Source of the DNA: an uncultured Gammaproteobacteria bacterium
GTDB taxonomy: Bacteria > Patescibacteriota > Patescibacteriia > UBA1558 > S5-K13
Direction: 5' to 3'
DNA length: 64,000 bases
NCBI GenBank assembly: GCA_964424195.1
Contig: CAYRHT010000001.1
Span: 6,102-70,101, forward strand
The translations under genes and the position numbers were made by a program. This document shows, in pieces, positions 48,920 through 58,902 of this stretch. Under the pieces are notes generated by a model that saw only the letters and a program-made list of their open reading frames with translations, made no database searches and had not been told where the DNA came from. How positions within the stretch are numbered: position 1 is the stretch's first letter; every line of letters begins with the position of its first letter.

Positions 48920-49093
48920 AAAAACGATCCTCGCATCTAATAAAGAAGCGAGGTCTCGGAGGCCGAAGCCCATTCTATTTTTATTATATACTCTATAATA
49001 ATATTGTCAATACAATAGTTATTACTTAATTTTATTAGCTAAAACTCTTGCTTTTTTTCTAATTATATACTAATATATAGGAACTTGGATTGA

Positions 49094-49109
49094 CATTGAC
49101 CGGTCAATG
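49094..49109. promoter_or_regulatory. 16-bp perfect palindrome CATTGACCGGTCAATG overlapping a TTGACA -35-like hexamer upstream of rpsA
   Basis: Direct inspection. Located ~55-70 bp upstream of the rpsA start. Confidence 0.35.
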
Positions 49110-49162
49110 CAAGAAATTAATAATTAAAGGGTCTTTTTTTCATTTCTAATTAAAATTAGAAA

Positions 49163-50473
49163 ATGGAAATAAATATATATATGAGTACAGAAGATACAAA
49201 AGACAAAAAGAAAAGTGCATTTAGTAAAATTTTAGAAACTCACGATGAGATTAAATTGCCTAAAGTAGGGGATTTAATTGAAGGTGTAATTGTTTCATTA
49301 GGAAAAAATGAAGTTGTTTTAGATTACAAAGGAATTGCTGCCGGCTTGATTAGAGGTGGAGAAATTCATGATGAATCTGGTGTCAGCAGCGATTTTAAAG
49401 TTGGTGATGCAGCTAAAGCTACTGTTTTAGAAATGGATAATGAAAAAGGTTTCATGGAATTATCTTTTAGATATGCTGGACATCAACAAGCTTGGGAAAA
49501 TTTAGAGAAATTAATGAAAGATGAAGAGATTGTACAAGCTAAGGTAATGGATGCTAACAAAGGTGGTTTAATGGTTAAAGTTGGTAATGTTTTAGGATTT
49601 TTACCAGTTTCTCAATTAACAACTAAATATTATCCTCGAGTAGAAGGTGGAGACAAAGGTAAGATTTTAGGACATCTAAAATCTTTTATCGGTGAAGAAT
49701 TTAATGTCGCTATTATTGATGTTGATGAAAAAGAATCAAAATTAATTGTTTCTCAAAAAGCTGCTTTAGCAGAAGATCAAAAAGAAAACCTAGCTGAATA
49801 CAAAGTTGGTAAACATATTGAAGGTAAAATTACTGGAGTTGCTGGATTTGGTGCTTTTGTAGAATTTGGAGATAATTTAGAAGGCTTAGTTCATATTTCA
49901 GAAATTGCTTGGCAAAGAATTGATAATCCTAATGATGTTGTTAAAGTTGGTGACAAAGTTAAAGCTGAAGTCATTTCAGTAGAAGGTGGCCGAATTTCTT
50001 TAAGTATGAAGAGATTAATTAAAGATCCTTGGGCAGTAATTGCTGAGAAATATCAAGTTGGTGATAAGGTTAAAGGAGTTGTTCTAAAGATTAATCCTTT
50101 TGGTGCTTTTGTAGAATTGGATAGAGATATTCATGGTTTAGCTCATATTTCAGAATTGAGTAGCCATATTATTAATAGTCCAGAAGATGTAGTTAATGTT
50201 GGAGAAGAGTATGAATTTGTAATTATTAATTTAGATACAACTAAGCATAGGTTAGGACTTTCTTTAAAAGCTTTAAAAGAAAAGAAAGTAAAGACAGACG
50301 ACAAAAAGGTAGAAGAGAAGAAAGAAAAAACTGAAGAGGTTAAGGAAGAAAAAGCTCCTAAAGAAGAAGAAACTGAAACTCCAAAAGAAGACCCTAAATC
50401 AGAAGAAGTTAAAGAAGAAAAAGTAGAAGAAGCTAAGGACTCAAAGGATAAAAAAGTCAAAAAGAAAAAATAG
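49163..50473 (+). CDS. rpsA: 30S ribosomal protein S1 (four S1 domains plus a K/E-rich C-terminal tail)
   Basis: Repeated S1-domain signatures (GxV.G.V..i..fGaFV......GLvHiSE). Confidence 0.85.
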   Translation: MEINIYMSTEDTKDKKKSAFSKILETHDEIKLPKVGDLIEGVIVSLGKNEVVLDYKGIAAGLIRGGEIHDESGVSSDFKVGDAAKATVLEMDNEKGFMELSFRYAGHQQAWENLEKLMKDEEIVQAKVMDANKGGLMVKVGNVLGFLPVSQLTTKYYPRVEGGDKGKILGHLKSFIGEEFNVAIIDVDEKESKLIVSQKAALAEDQKENLAEYKVGKHIEGKITGVAGFGAFVEFGDNLEGLVHISEIAWQRIDNPNDVVKVGDKVKAEVISVEGGRISLSMKRLIKDPWAVIAEKYQVGDKVKGVVLKINPFGAFVELDRDIHGLAHISELSSHIINSPEDVVNVGEEYEFVIINLDTTKHRLGLSLKALKEKKVKTDDKKVEEKKEKTEEVKEEKAPKEEETETPKEDPKSEEVKEEKVEEAKDSKDKKVKKKK

Positions 50474-50554
50474 ACTTTTAACTTGATATTAATTATTTGT
50501 ATTCTCTAAGTATAATTAGTATCATTAGTATATTAACATTAATATATTAGCATT

Positions 50555-52372
50555 ATGAAAGGTAGCTTAAAAAGTTTTTTAATATTTGTTGTAATAATAC
50601 TAGCCATTGGAGCAGCATTTAGTTTTTATGATATTCAAAAAGACAAAGAAGAAAATATTTCTTTAATTCAATTAAGTAATAGTATTAAATCTGGTGAAGT
50701 AGAGACTATAGATATTTCTGGAGATAATTTAGATATTGAATTTAGAGATGGAAGTCTTAAAAAAAGTCAGAAGGAAAGAGAAGAGTCTCTTACTCAGACT
50801 TTAATTAATTTAGGTGTAGATAGTAAAGAATTATCTACAATTAATATGGAAATAGTTGATGAGTCAGGTTTCAGTTTTTGGGCATACAGTTTATTACCAT
50901 TTTTAATTCCTTTCCTTTTAATTGGATTCTTTGTATGGTTTATGTTCCGAAAGGTTCAAGGAGCTAATTCTAAAGCTATGAGCTTTGGAGAATCTGGAGC
51001 TAAAGAAGCAGACAAAAAAAAGAAGACTACTTTTAATGATGTCGCCGGAGCTAAAGAAGCTAAAGAAGAATTAGATGAAATAGTAGATTTCTTAAAAGAT
51101 GCTCAGAAATTTATAAAATTAGGAGCTGAAATTCCTAAAGGAGTATTGTTATTAGGTTCACCAGGAACAGGTAAAACTTTGTTAGCTAGAGCTATAGCTG
51201 GTGAAGCTGATGTTCCTTTTTTTCATATCTCAGGTTCTGAATTCGTAGAAATGTTTGTAGGAGTTGGTGCTTCTCGAGTCCGAGATCTATTCAAGAAAGC
51301 TAAAAAACAATCTCCTTGCATTGTCTTCATTGATGAAATTGATGCTGTCGGTAGACAAAGAGGAGCTGGTTTAGGTGGTTCACATGATGAACGAGAACAA
51401 ACATTAAATCAAATATTGGTAGAGATGGATGGTTTTGATAACAAAACTAATGTGATTGTTATTGCTGCTACTAATCGACCAGATGTTTTAGATCCAGCAT
51501 TATTAAGACCAGGTCGTTTTGATCGACAAGTTGTTATTGATTTACCAGATATTAAAGATCGGGAATCTATTTTGAAATTACATGCTCAGAACAAGCCCTT
51601 AGAAAAAGATGTTGCTTTAAAAGTTGTTGCTCAAAGAACTCCAGGATTTTCTGGAGCAGACTTAAGAAATGTTTTAAATGAAGCTGCTATTCTTTCTGCT
51701 CGTCAGGATAAAAGAAAAATTTCTCAACAAGATATTTTAGATAGTATTGAAAAAGTAATATTAGGACCAGAAAGAAAGAGTCATATTATGTCTGAAGAAG
51801 AAAAGAAGATTACAGCTTGTCATGAAGCTGGACATGCTCTAGTTGGTCATTTATTACCACATTGTGATCCTATTCACAAAGTTTCAATAATCTCTCGAGG
51901 AAGAGCAGCTGGTTATACCATGAATCTTCCAGAGAATGAAAAACATTTACATACTAAATCTAAATATGCCGATGATATTGCAATGATGTTAGGTGGTTTA
52001 GTGGCTGAACAGATTGTCTTTAAAGAAAATAGTAATGGTGCTAGTTCAGATTTAAAACAAGTTAGTAATTTAGCTAAACAAATTATTACTAAGTTTGGAA
52101 TGAATGAAGATTTAGGTTATCGATCATTTGGACAAGGTGAAGGTATGGTCTTTTTAGGAAAAGAAATCCATGAACGAAAAGATTATAGTGAAAAGACAGC
52201 AGAGAATATTGATATAGAGATTAAGAAGTTAGTAGATTCTTGTTATCAAAAAGCTAAAGATACAATTATTGAAAACAGAGATGTTTTAGATAAAATAACT
52301 AATACTTTATTAGAGAAAGAAACTATTGAAAGAGAAGAATTTGAAAAACTAGTTGGTAAGAAAAAAGTATAA
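50555..52372 (+). CDS. ftsH: ATP-dependent zinc metalloprotease FtsH
   Basis: AAA Walker [22 protein letters not shown] region, HEAGHAL zinc motif and N-terminal TM helices. Confidence 0.95.
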   Translation: MKGSLKSFLIFVVIILAIGAAFSFYDIQKDKEENISLIQLSNSIKSGEVETIDISGDNLDIEFRDGSLKKSQKEREESLTQTLINLGVDSKELSTINMEIVDESGFSFWAYSLLPFLIPFLLIGFFVWFMFRKVQGANSKAMSFGESGAKEADKKKKTTFNDVAGAKEAKEELDEIVDFLKDAQKFIKLGAEIPKGVLLLGSPGTGKTLLARAIAGEADVPFFHISGSEFVEMFVGVGASRVRDLFKKAKKQSPCIVFIDEIDAVGRQRGAGLGGSHDEREQTLNQILVEMDGFDNKTNVIVIAATNRPDVLDPALLRPGRFDRQVVIDLPDIKDRESILKLHAQNKPLEKDVALKVVAQRTPGFSGADLRNVLNEAAILSARQDKRKISQQDILDSIEKVILGPERKSHIMSEEEKKITACHEAGHALVGHLLPHCDPIHKVSIISRGRAAGYTMNLPENEKHLHTKSKYADDIAMMLGGLVAEQIVFKENSNGASSDLKQVSNLAKQIITKFGMNEDLGYRSFGQGEGMVFLGKEIHERKDYSEKTAENIDIEIKKLVDSCYQKAKDTIIENRDVLDKITNTLLEKETIEREEFEKLVGKKKV

Positions 52373-52389
52373 GATTTAAATATATTTTT

Positions 52390-52418
52390 AAACCCCTACT
52401 TTGAAGTAGGGGTTTTTT
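52390..52418 (+). terminator. Rho-independent terminator AAACCCCTACTTTGAAGTAGGGGTTTTTT
   Basis: 9-bp GC-rich stem followed by a T-run after ftsH. Confidence 0.75.
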
Positions 52419-52525
52419 ATTTACCTAATTTTTAGTATAATAAGTATAGATCATACTAAATGGTATGTGTTGTTTTAGTAAAACAAATTTTAAATAAAAA
52501 TAAATAAATAAATAAAAATAAAATT

Positions 52526-53602
52526 ATGGAATCTTTATATCGGTCTATTTTAAAAAGTTCTTGGAAAATCACTAAAAAATACAAATTTCTTTGGATCTTT
52601 GGTGTTTTTGCTTTATGGCTTGGTAATGGTGGTGAAATGCAAATATTTTTTAAGACATTAAACTTTGTAGAATCTTCTACAGCTACTAAATTAAGTACTA
52701 CATTTGGAAATAATTTTTTATTTCTGAATTTTTTTAATGGCACAGATTTTTCAGCTATTTTAATTGGAATAATATTTACATTAATATTCCTAAGTTTTTT
52801 ATTAATAGGTGTTTGGTTAGTAATTGTTTCTCAAACAGCAATTATTAATGCTGCTAATTCTATTGATGACAAAAAAGAGACTAGTTTTACTTCAGTTTTA
52901 AAATCATCAACTCCTCATTTCTTACCAGTTCTAGGAATGAATATTATTTCTAAGGTTTTAATATCCCTCTTGGTCTTTTTATTACTATTACCTTTGTTAT
53001 TGATTGTTGTTAATACTGGAAGTAAGTTTGCTTTACTATTTAGTATTATAATTTGGGTTCTATTCTTACCTTTAGCAGCTATTATTTCATTTGTGATGAA
53101 ATATGCTATTAATTTCTTAGTGATTAAGAAAACTAGATTTCTGGAATCTATTTCTAAGGCTTGGCTTTTGTTTAAAACTAATTGGTTAGTTAATATAGAG
53201 ATGGCTATCGCTTTATTAGTTATTAATTTTTTAGTTGGTTTGGTAATAGTATATGTAACCGTTGCCTTTGTTGGTCCTTATTACAAAATTGATATTTTAA
53301 CTGTTTATGCTTTTAAGAATCAAGCTTTTGGTTTAGTCTTCTTTAAGATTTTACCATTAGTAGTTATTTATTTACTCTTAGGTTCTTGTTTAGCAGTTTT
53401 TCAAACAGTTTCTTGGACTTTATTATTCAAGAAGTTAGTTAGTGGAAAAAGATATAGTAAATTAATTAGATTAATCTCCTCTCTATCAAATTATATGAAG
53501 GTAGATAATCAAGTTACTAAAGTTTCAGATATTAAAAAAACTAATTCGAATATTAAGAGAAGACCTGGTCGTCCTAAAGCAAAAAGAAAGATTAAGAAAT
53601 AA
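52526..53602 (+). CDS. Hypothetical polytopic membrane protein with a basic C-terminal tail
   Basis: About 8 TM helices. C-terminus RRPGRPKAKRKIKK. Confidence 0.45.
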   Translation: MESLYRSILKSSWKITKKYKFLWIFGVFALWLGNGGEMQIFFKTLNFVESSTATKLSTTFGNNFLFLNFFNGTDFSAILIGIIFTLIFLSFLLIGVWLVIVSQTAIINAANSIDDKKETSFTSVLKSSTPHFLPVLGMNIISKVLISLLVFLLLLPLLLIVVNTGSKFALLFSIIIWVLFLPLAAIISFVMKYAINFLVIKKTRFLESISKAWLLFKTNWLVNIEMAIALLVINFLVGLVIVYVTVAFVGPYYKIDILTVYAFKNQAFGLVFFKILPLVVIYLLLGSCLAVFQTVSWTLLFKKLVSGKRYSKLIRLISSLSNYMKVDNQVTKVSDIKKTNSNIKRRPGRPKAKRKIKK

Positions 53603-53612
53603 ATTAACTTAA

Positions 53613-55313
53613 ATGGCACAGACTATTAATGATCTTTTTACAGATGATAATCAGAAGGCTGATGCATCTTTAAAATTAGAAACAAAATTGGACGAAATCA
53701 AGACTGATGACTTAGAAGAAGAGACTGAAAAGAGAGCCTCTTCTTTAAATTTGAAATATATTAATTTAAAAGGCTTCCCTATTATTCCCGACGCTTTATC
53801 CCTTATAGAAGAGGATCATGCTAAAAGTCTTGGAGTAGTTTGTTTTTATTCATCAGATGAGATTATAAAAATAGCTACTACTGGTCCAGAAAATCCACAG
53901 TTAAAGAGATTAATGAAAGAATTGTCTTCTGAACAAGATAAAACTATAGATGTATTTTTAATTTCCGAGAAAAGTCTAGAATACGCTTTAGATCTTTATA
54001 GAACTATTCCTAAAGTTTTAGAAATGAAAGAAGGAGTTGACATTAGTGAAGAAGATTTAAAGAAATATGAACAAAAGGATTTAACTTTTGATAAGATAGC
54101 TGATCTTTTAAAAGAGGCAGATATTTCAGAAATAATGACTATTATCATAGCAACAGCTATTCAAGTTGGAGCTTCTGATGTTCACATAGAGGCTGAAGAA
54201 GAAGATATTAAAGTTAGATTAAGAGTAGACGGAGTTTTGCATATAGTATCTTCTTTAAAGAATGATTTATGGTCAAAAATTATTTCTCGAATTAAGTTAA
54301 TTTCTAAATTAAAAATTAATATTACAGATAAACCCCAAGATGGTAGATTTACTATTCATTTAAAGAAAGAGGATGTTGATGTTAGAGTTTCAACTATTCC
54401 TACTAAGTACGGAGAGAGTGTAGTAATGCGTTTGTTAAAAGCATCAACTACTAGTTTAGAATTCGATGATTTAGGTATTAAGAGTAAATCTTTTGTAGAA
54501 TTAAAGAATCAAATTAAAAGACCAAATGGAATGATTATTACTACTGGTCCTACCGGTTCTGGTAAAACCACAACTCTTTATGCAATTTTGCAGAAATTAA
54601 ATTCACCAGAGAATAAGATTATAACCCTAGAAGATCCAATTGAGTATCGTTTAGCCGGAGTTAATCAATCTCAAGTTAAAAAAGATCAGGACTATAGTTT
54701 TGCTTCTGGTTTAAAATCAATTTTACGACAAGATCCAGATATTGTTATGGTTGGTGAGATTAGAGATTTAGAAACAGCAGATATTGCTATTAATGCTTCT
54801 TTAACTGGTCATTTAGTTGTTTCGACTCTACATACCAACTCAGCTTCAGCAGCTATTCCTAGATTTTTGGCTATGGGTGTAAAATCATTTCTATTATCTC
54901 CTTCTTTGAATGCTGTAATTGGTCAAAGGTTAGTTCGTCGAATTTGTCCTCATTGTAAAGAAGAAATTACTTTAGATAATGAGATGTTAACAGAAGTAAT
55001 GAATATTTTGAATAAGATTCCAATGAATTCCGGAACTAGATTAGAAGAGGAAGAATTGAACAATTTAAAATTCTATAAAGGTAAGGGTTGTGAAAAATGT
55101 CATGGTCTAGGTTACAAAGGTCGGATTGGAATATATGAAGTTTTGGTAATGTCTAAGGAAATAGAACAAGCTATTCTAGAAGAGAAGGTTTCCGAAAACA
55201 TTATTCAAGACTTAGCTCAGAAAAGTGGTATGGTTACTATGCTTCAAGATGGATTATTAAAAGCTAAAGAAGGAATTACTACTGTCGATGAAGTTTTTAA
55301 TGTAGCTGATTAA
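53613..55313 (+). CDS. Type II/IV secretion system ATPase (GspE/PilB family)
   Basis: Walker A GPTGSGKTTTLYA, Asp box, His box and the tetracysteine motif CPHCK...CEKCHG. Confidence 0.85.
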   Translation: MAQTINDLFTDDNQKADASLKLETKLDEIKTDDLEEETEKRASSLNLKYINLKGFPIIPDALSLIEEDHAKSLGVVCFYSSDEIIKIATTGPENPQLKRLMKELSSEQDKTIDVFLISEKSLEYALDLYRTIPKVLEMKEGVDISEEDLKKYEQKDLTFDKIADLLKEADISEIMTIIIATAIQVGASDVHIEAEEEDIKVRLRVDGVLHIVSSLKNDLWSKIISRIKLISKLKINITDKPQDGRFTIHLKKEDVDVRVSTIPTKYGESVVMRLLKASTTSLEFDDLGIKSKSFVELKNQIKRPNGMIITTGPTGSGKTTTLYAILQKLNSPENKIITLEDPIEYRLAGVNQSQVKKDQDYSFASGLKSILRQDPDIVMVGEIRDLETADIAINASLTGHLVVSTLHTNSASAAIPRFLAMGVKSFLLSPSLNAVIGQRLVRRICPHCKEEITLDNEMLTEVMNILNKIPMNSGTRLEEEELNNLKFYKGKGCEKCHGLGYKGRIGIYEVLVMSKEIEQAILEEKVSENIIQDLAQKSGMVTMLQDGLLKAKEGITTVDEVFNVAD

Positions 55314-55342
55314 ATTTTTAGTAAAGAATATAAAATAAAAAT

Positions 55343-56671
55343 ATGGAAAGAAAATCTCCTAAGGCTTATGTAGTTGCTGTAGATATGGGTTATGGTCATC
55401 AAAGAGCGGCTTATCCTTTTTTAGATATTGCTGCTACTGGTCAGATTATTAACGCTAATAAATATCAAGGAATCACTAAAAGAGAAAGAAAAGTTTGGCA
55501 GGGTGGTCGAAAATGGTATGAAATTATTTCTCGTTACAAAAATGTGCCTGTTATCGGAACTACTGCTTTTAGAATTATGGATAATATGCAACGGATTGAA
55601 CCTTTTTATCCCCGAAGAGATTTATCCAAGAATTCAACTCAACAAAAATACTTTTACAAACAAGTGGAAAAAGGTTTAGGTAAAGATTTAATTAAAGAGT
55701 TAAACAAGAATCCTTTACCTTTAGTTACTAGTTTTTTTGTTCCGGCTTACTTTGCAGAATATTATGGTTACAAAGGAAAAATATATTGTATAATTTGTGA
55801 TGCTGATATTGCTCGAGCTTGGGCTCCTCTTAATCCAAAAACAAGTAAAATTAATTATTTAGCACCGAATAAGAGAGTTAAAGAAAGATTAGAGTTATAT
55901 GGTGTTCGATCAGATCGAATCCTTGTTTCTGGTTTTCCTTTACCAAAGGAAAACATTGGTGGTTTGGATAAAAAAATATTAAAACATGATTTAAAATCTC
56001 GTTTATACAATCTAGACCCTAAAAAAGTCTATACTCGTAAGTATTCTAAGCTAATTGAAAATTATCTTTGTCCAGTTAAAGAGATTAAACAAAATAAACA
56101 TCCTTTAACTATTACTTTCGCAGTTGGCGGAGCTGGTGCTCAACGAGACATTGGACTTACAATTGTAAAACGTTTGAAAAAACAAATTAGACAAAATAAG
56201 ATCAGAATTAATTTAGTTGCTGGAGCTCGTAATGATGTTTATTTATTCTTTAAGAAAGCTATTAAAGAATGTAATTTAGACAAATGTAATAATATTAGAA
56301 TTATTTATTCAGATAGTAAATTAAAGTATTTTGAAATTTTTAATAGAGTTTTAAGAACTACTGATGTTTTATGGACTAAACCATCAGAACTCACCTTTTA
56401 TAGTGGATTAGGTATTCCAATTATTATGGCTAAACCAATAGGTTCTCAAGAACACTATAATCGAGAATGGCTTTTAGCAATTGGAGCAGGTATTGATGCT
56501 CAAGATCCAGAATATGTTGATGAGTGGTTATTTGATTGGTTAAATTCTGGTTGGTTAGCAGAAGCTGCTATGCAAGGCTTTTTAGATGCTCCTAAAATGG
56601 GGACATATCATGTTGAAAACATTGTCTTAAGAGGTAAGACTAGTGAAATAGAAGATGTTCATTTATTATGA
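55343..56671 (+). CDS. Putative GT-B glycosyltransferase (MGDG-synthase/UgtP/MurG-like)
   Basis: N-terminal VDMGYGHQRAA and mid-protein FAVGGAGAQ resemble the GT28 N- and C-domain signatures. Assignment is tentative. Confidence 0.4.
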   Translation: MERKSPKAYVVAVDMGYGHQRAAYPFLDIAATGQIINANKYQGITKRERKVWQGGRKWYEIISRYKNVPVIGTTAFRIMDNMQRIEPFYPRRDLSKNSTQQKYFYKQVEKGLGKDLIKELNKNPLPLVTSFFVPAYFAEYYGYKGKIYCIICDADIARAWAPLNPKTSKINYLAPNKRVKERLELYGVRSDRILVSGFPLPKENIGGLDKKILKHDLKSRLYNLDPKKVYTRKYSKLIENYLCPVKEIKQNKHPLTITFAVGGAGAQRDIGLTIVKRLKKQIRQNKIRINLVAGARNDVYLFFKKAIKECNLDKCNNIRIIYSDSKLKYFEIFNRVLRTTDVLWTKPSELTFYSGLGIPIIMAKPIGSQEHYNREWLLAIGAGIDAQDPEYVDEWLFDWLNSGWLAEAAMQGFLDAPKMGTYHVENIVLRGKTSEIEDVHLL

Positions 56672-57948
56672 TTATCAAGAATCTAAAAATTAATAGGTAT
56701 AAAAGTATTAAGAAGCCTTTGGCTCTATCTTTTTCTAATCTAAATATTTTTATCGGTCAAAATAATTGTGGTAAATCTAATATTCTAGATGCTCTAGAAT
56801 TAGTTTTTGATAAAAAGAAAGATAAGACTAATTTATTCTACCCAGATTCAGATATTGAATTAGAATTAGAACTTGGTTCAGAAAAGAATGTAAATTTAAG
56901 TTTAAATAATAGAAAGAGAAAATTATCTAATGATAAATCTTTAGAATCTTTAAATCAGAAAGTAAAAAGGTTAGATGAAGATACTTTTACTAACTACAAG
57001 CAGATTAAAATAGATTATAATACTCTATTTAAATATCCTCAGGCTTTAAATAAGTTTAAGAAAAATTTAAAAAATCATTTCCCTAAGATTGTGATTGATG
57101 AGAATGCTATGGATCTTAAGTATGAAAATGATGGTTTATATGAAGGTCAGAGAAGAGTAACAATGGATTATTTAGGTTCTGGTTTTGGCAGAATATTTAC
57201 AATTTTACTTTATATCTTTCATCCAGAATATGAAGTAGTGATGATTAATGAGCCTGAAATTCATCTTCATCCAGCAATTATTAAGAAGCTCTTATGGGCA
57301 ATGAAAAGTAGTCAGTCCGGACAGATATTTTTTACAACTCATTCTCCTTTATTTATAACTCCTAGTACTTTAGCTAATGTTTTTAGAGTTAGTCAAGAAG
57401 GAAAAAATACTAATGTTTATTCTTTGAAAGAAGGTAGATATGCTCATGAAAGATTGGTTCAAGAACTAAATGCTGATAATTTAGAGATGTTCTTTGCTGA
57501 CAAAGTTATTTTAGTAGAAGGTTCTTCGGATTTACTGTTAATCAAAGGATTGATTAATATTTTTTACAAAGGGAATAAGGAAATAAAAATTATTCAAACC
57601 TATGGTAAATCAAATACTTCAATATATGCTGATTTATTAAAGATTTTTAAGATTCCTTTTCTAATAGTTTTAGATAAAGATGTTTTAAGAGGACACCAAT
57701 TAGAAGAGCTAATGAGACATTTAAATATAGATTTACCAGATATGAGTGGAGAGAAGTTTATTAAAGAACTGCATAAATTTAATATCTATATTTTCCCAAA
57801 TGGTGCTTTGGAAGCTAATTATCCGAAGAAATATCAGGGAGAAAATTCTAAGGCTCGAAATGCTTTATTAGCTGTTAATCAAATAACAGATGCAGATTTT
57901 TATTCTAAGGGAATGAAGAATCTTAGAGGAATTATAGAGTCAATTTAA
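56668..57948 (+). CDS. OLD-family ATP-dependent nuclease (ABC-type ATPase plus Toprim-like C-terminus)
   Basis: N-terminal IFIGQNNCGKSNILDAL P-loop, Walker B/D-loop VMINEPEIHLHP, H-loop FFTTHSP, and C-terminal KVILVEGSSDLLLIKG Toprim-like motif. Overlaps the upstream gene by 4 nt. Confidence 0.6.
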   Translation: MIIKNLKINRYKSIKKPLALSFSNLNIFIGQNNCGKSNILDALELVFDKKKDKTNLFYPDSDIELELELGSEKNVNLSLNNRKRKLSNDKSLESLNQKVKRLDEDTFTNYKQIKIDYNTLFKYPQALNKFKKNLKNHFPKIVIDENAMDLKYENDGLYEGQRRVTMDYLGSGFGRIFTILLYIFHPEYEVVMINEPEIHLHPAIIKKLLWAMKSSQSGQIFFTTHSPLFITPSTLANVFRVSQEGKNTNVYSLKEGRYAHERLVQELNADNLEMFFADKVILVEGSSDLLLIKGLINIFYKGNKEIKIIQTYGKSNTSIYADLLKIFKIPFLIVLDKDVLRGHQLEELMRHLNIDLPDMSGEKFIKELHKFNIYIFPNGALEANYPKKYQGENSKARNALLAVNQITDADFYSKGMKNLRGIIESI

Positions 57949-57963
57949 AAATAATATAAAAAC

Positions 57964-58902
57964 ATGTCTTGGATTTTAGTAGCTGTTCTAGCTTATTTAA
58001 TTTTAGCAGTTGTTAATTTAGCTGATAAGTTTATTTTAGAACAAATAGTTCCTAGAGCTAAAACATATACTTTTTTAGTTGGTTTAGCCGGATTATTAAT
58101 TTTTATAATAGCTCCTTGGACATTATCTTGGCCAGGTTGGAATTTATGGTTAATTACTATTTTAACAGGAGCAACTTTTTCAGTAGCTCTTTTATTTTTC
58201 TATTATGCTTTGAAAAATTCAGAAGCTTCACGTATTACAACTTTAGTAGGTGGTACAGTTCCAATCATGACTCTTTTTCTTTCTATTATCTTTTTCAAGG
58301 AAAGTTTTAGCTTAAGAGAATTAGTGGCTATTCTTTTCTTAGTTGCTGGTACAGTTATTATTTCTATTGTTGATACTAAAAGAACAATCTGGTTTAAAGT
58401 TAAAGAATGGTTTCATATTCCAGCTCCTAAACAAGGTAAAAGTATTTTATTATCTCTTCTAGCAGCTCTTTGTTTTGCTTTGTATTGGGTGGGTACTAAA
58501 TATACTTTTAATAATCAAGAATTTTTAAGTGCTTTAATATGGATTAGACTAGGTTCTTTCTTGGCAGTTTTGGTTTTAGTTCTTAGAAAAAAAGACAGAG
58601 AGAGTATTAAGAAAGATTTATTAAACTCTAATCAGAAAAAGCAAAATAAGTTTATATTTTTTGGAGCTCAAGGATTAGCAGCAATTGGTTCTCTTTTACA
58701 AAATTATGCTGTAGCTTTAGGATCAGTAGTTTTAGTTACTTCTCTACAGGGTTTACAATATGCTTTTATCCTAATTTTTACTTTCCTACTATCCTTATTC
58801 TATCCAAAGATTATTAAAGAGAATCAATCTAAGAAAATAATAATTAAAAAAATAATAGCTATCCTTTTAATTGGCTTAGGGCTATATTTTATAACAACAT
58901 GA
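57964..58902 (+). CDS. Polytopic membrane protein (EamA/DMT-like, 10 TM)
   Basis: Duplicated 5-TM architecture. No specific motif. Confidence 0.4.
   Translation: MSWILVAVLAYLILAVVNLADKFILEQIVPRAKTYTFLVGLAGLLIFIIAPWTLSWPGWNLWLITILTGATFSVALLFFYYALKNSEASRITTLVGGTVPIMTLFLSIIFFKESFSLRELVAILFLVAGTVIISIVDTKRTIWFKVKEWFHIPAPKQGKSILLSLLAALCFALYWVGTKYTFNNQEFLSALIWIRLGSFLAVLVLVLRKKDRESIKKDLLNSNQKKQNKFIFFGAQGLAAIGSLLQNYAVALGSVVLVTSLQGLQYAFILIFTFLLSLFYPKIIKENQSKKIIIKKIIAILLIGLGLYFITT

Noticed and set aside
50143-50460. Minus-strand ORF inside the rpsA C-terminal tail
   Set aside because: It is antisense to the K/E-rich low-complexity tail and has a Ser-rich nonsense translation.
52456-52743. 95-aa minus-strand ORF overlapping the start of membrane protein 52526-53602
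   Set aside because: It has no SD site and an AT-rich low-complexity sequence. The + strand gene is a much longer, coherent TM protein.
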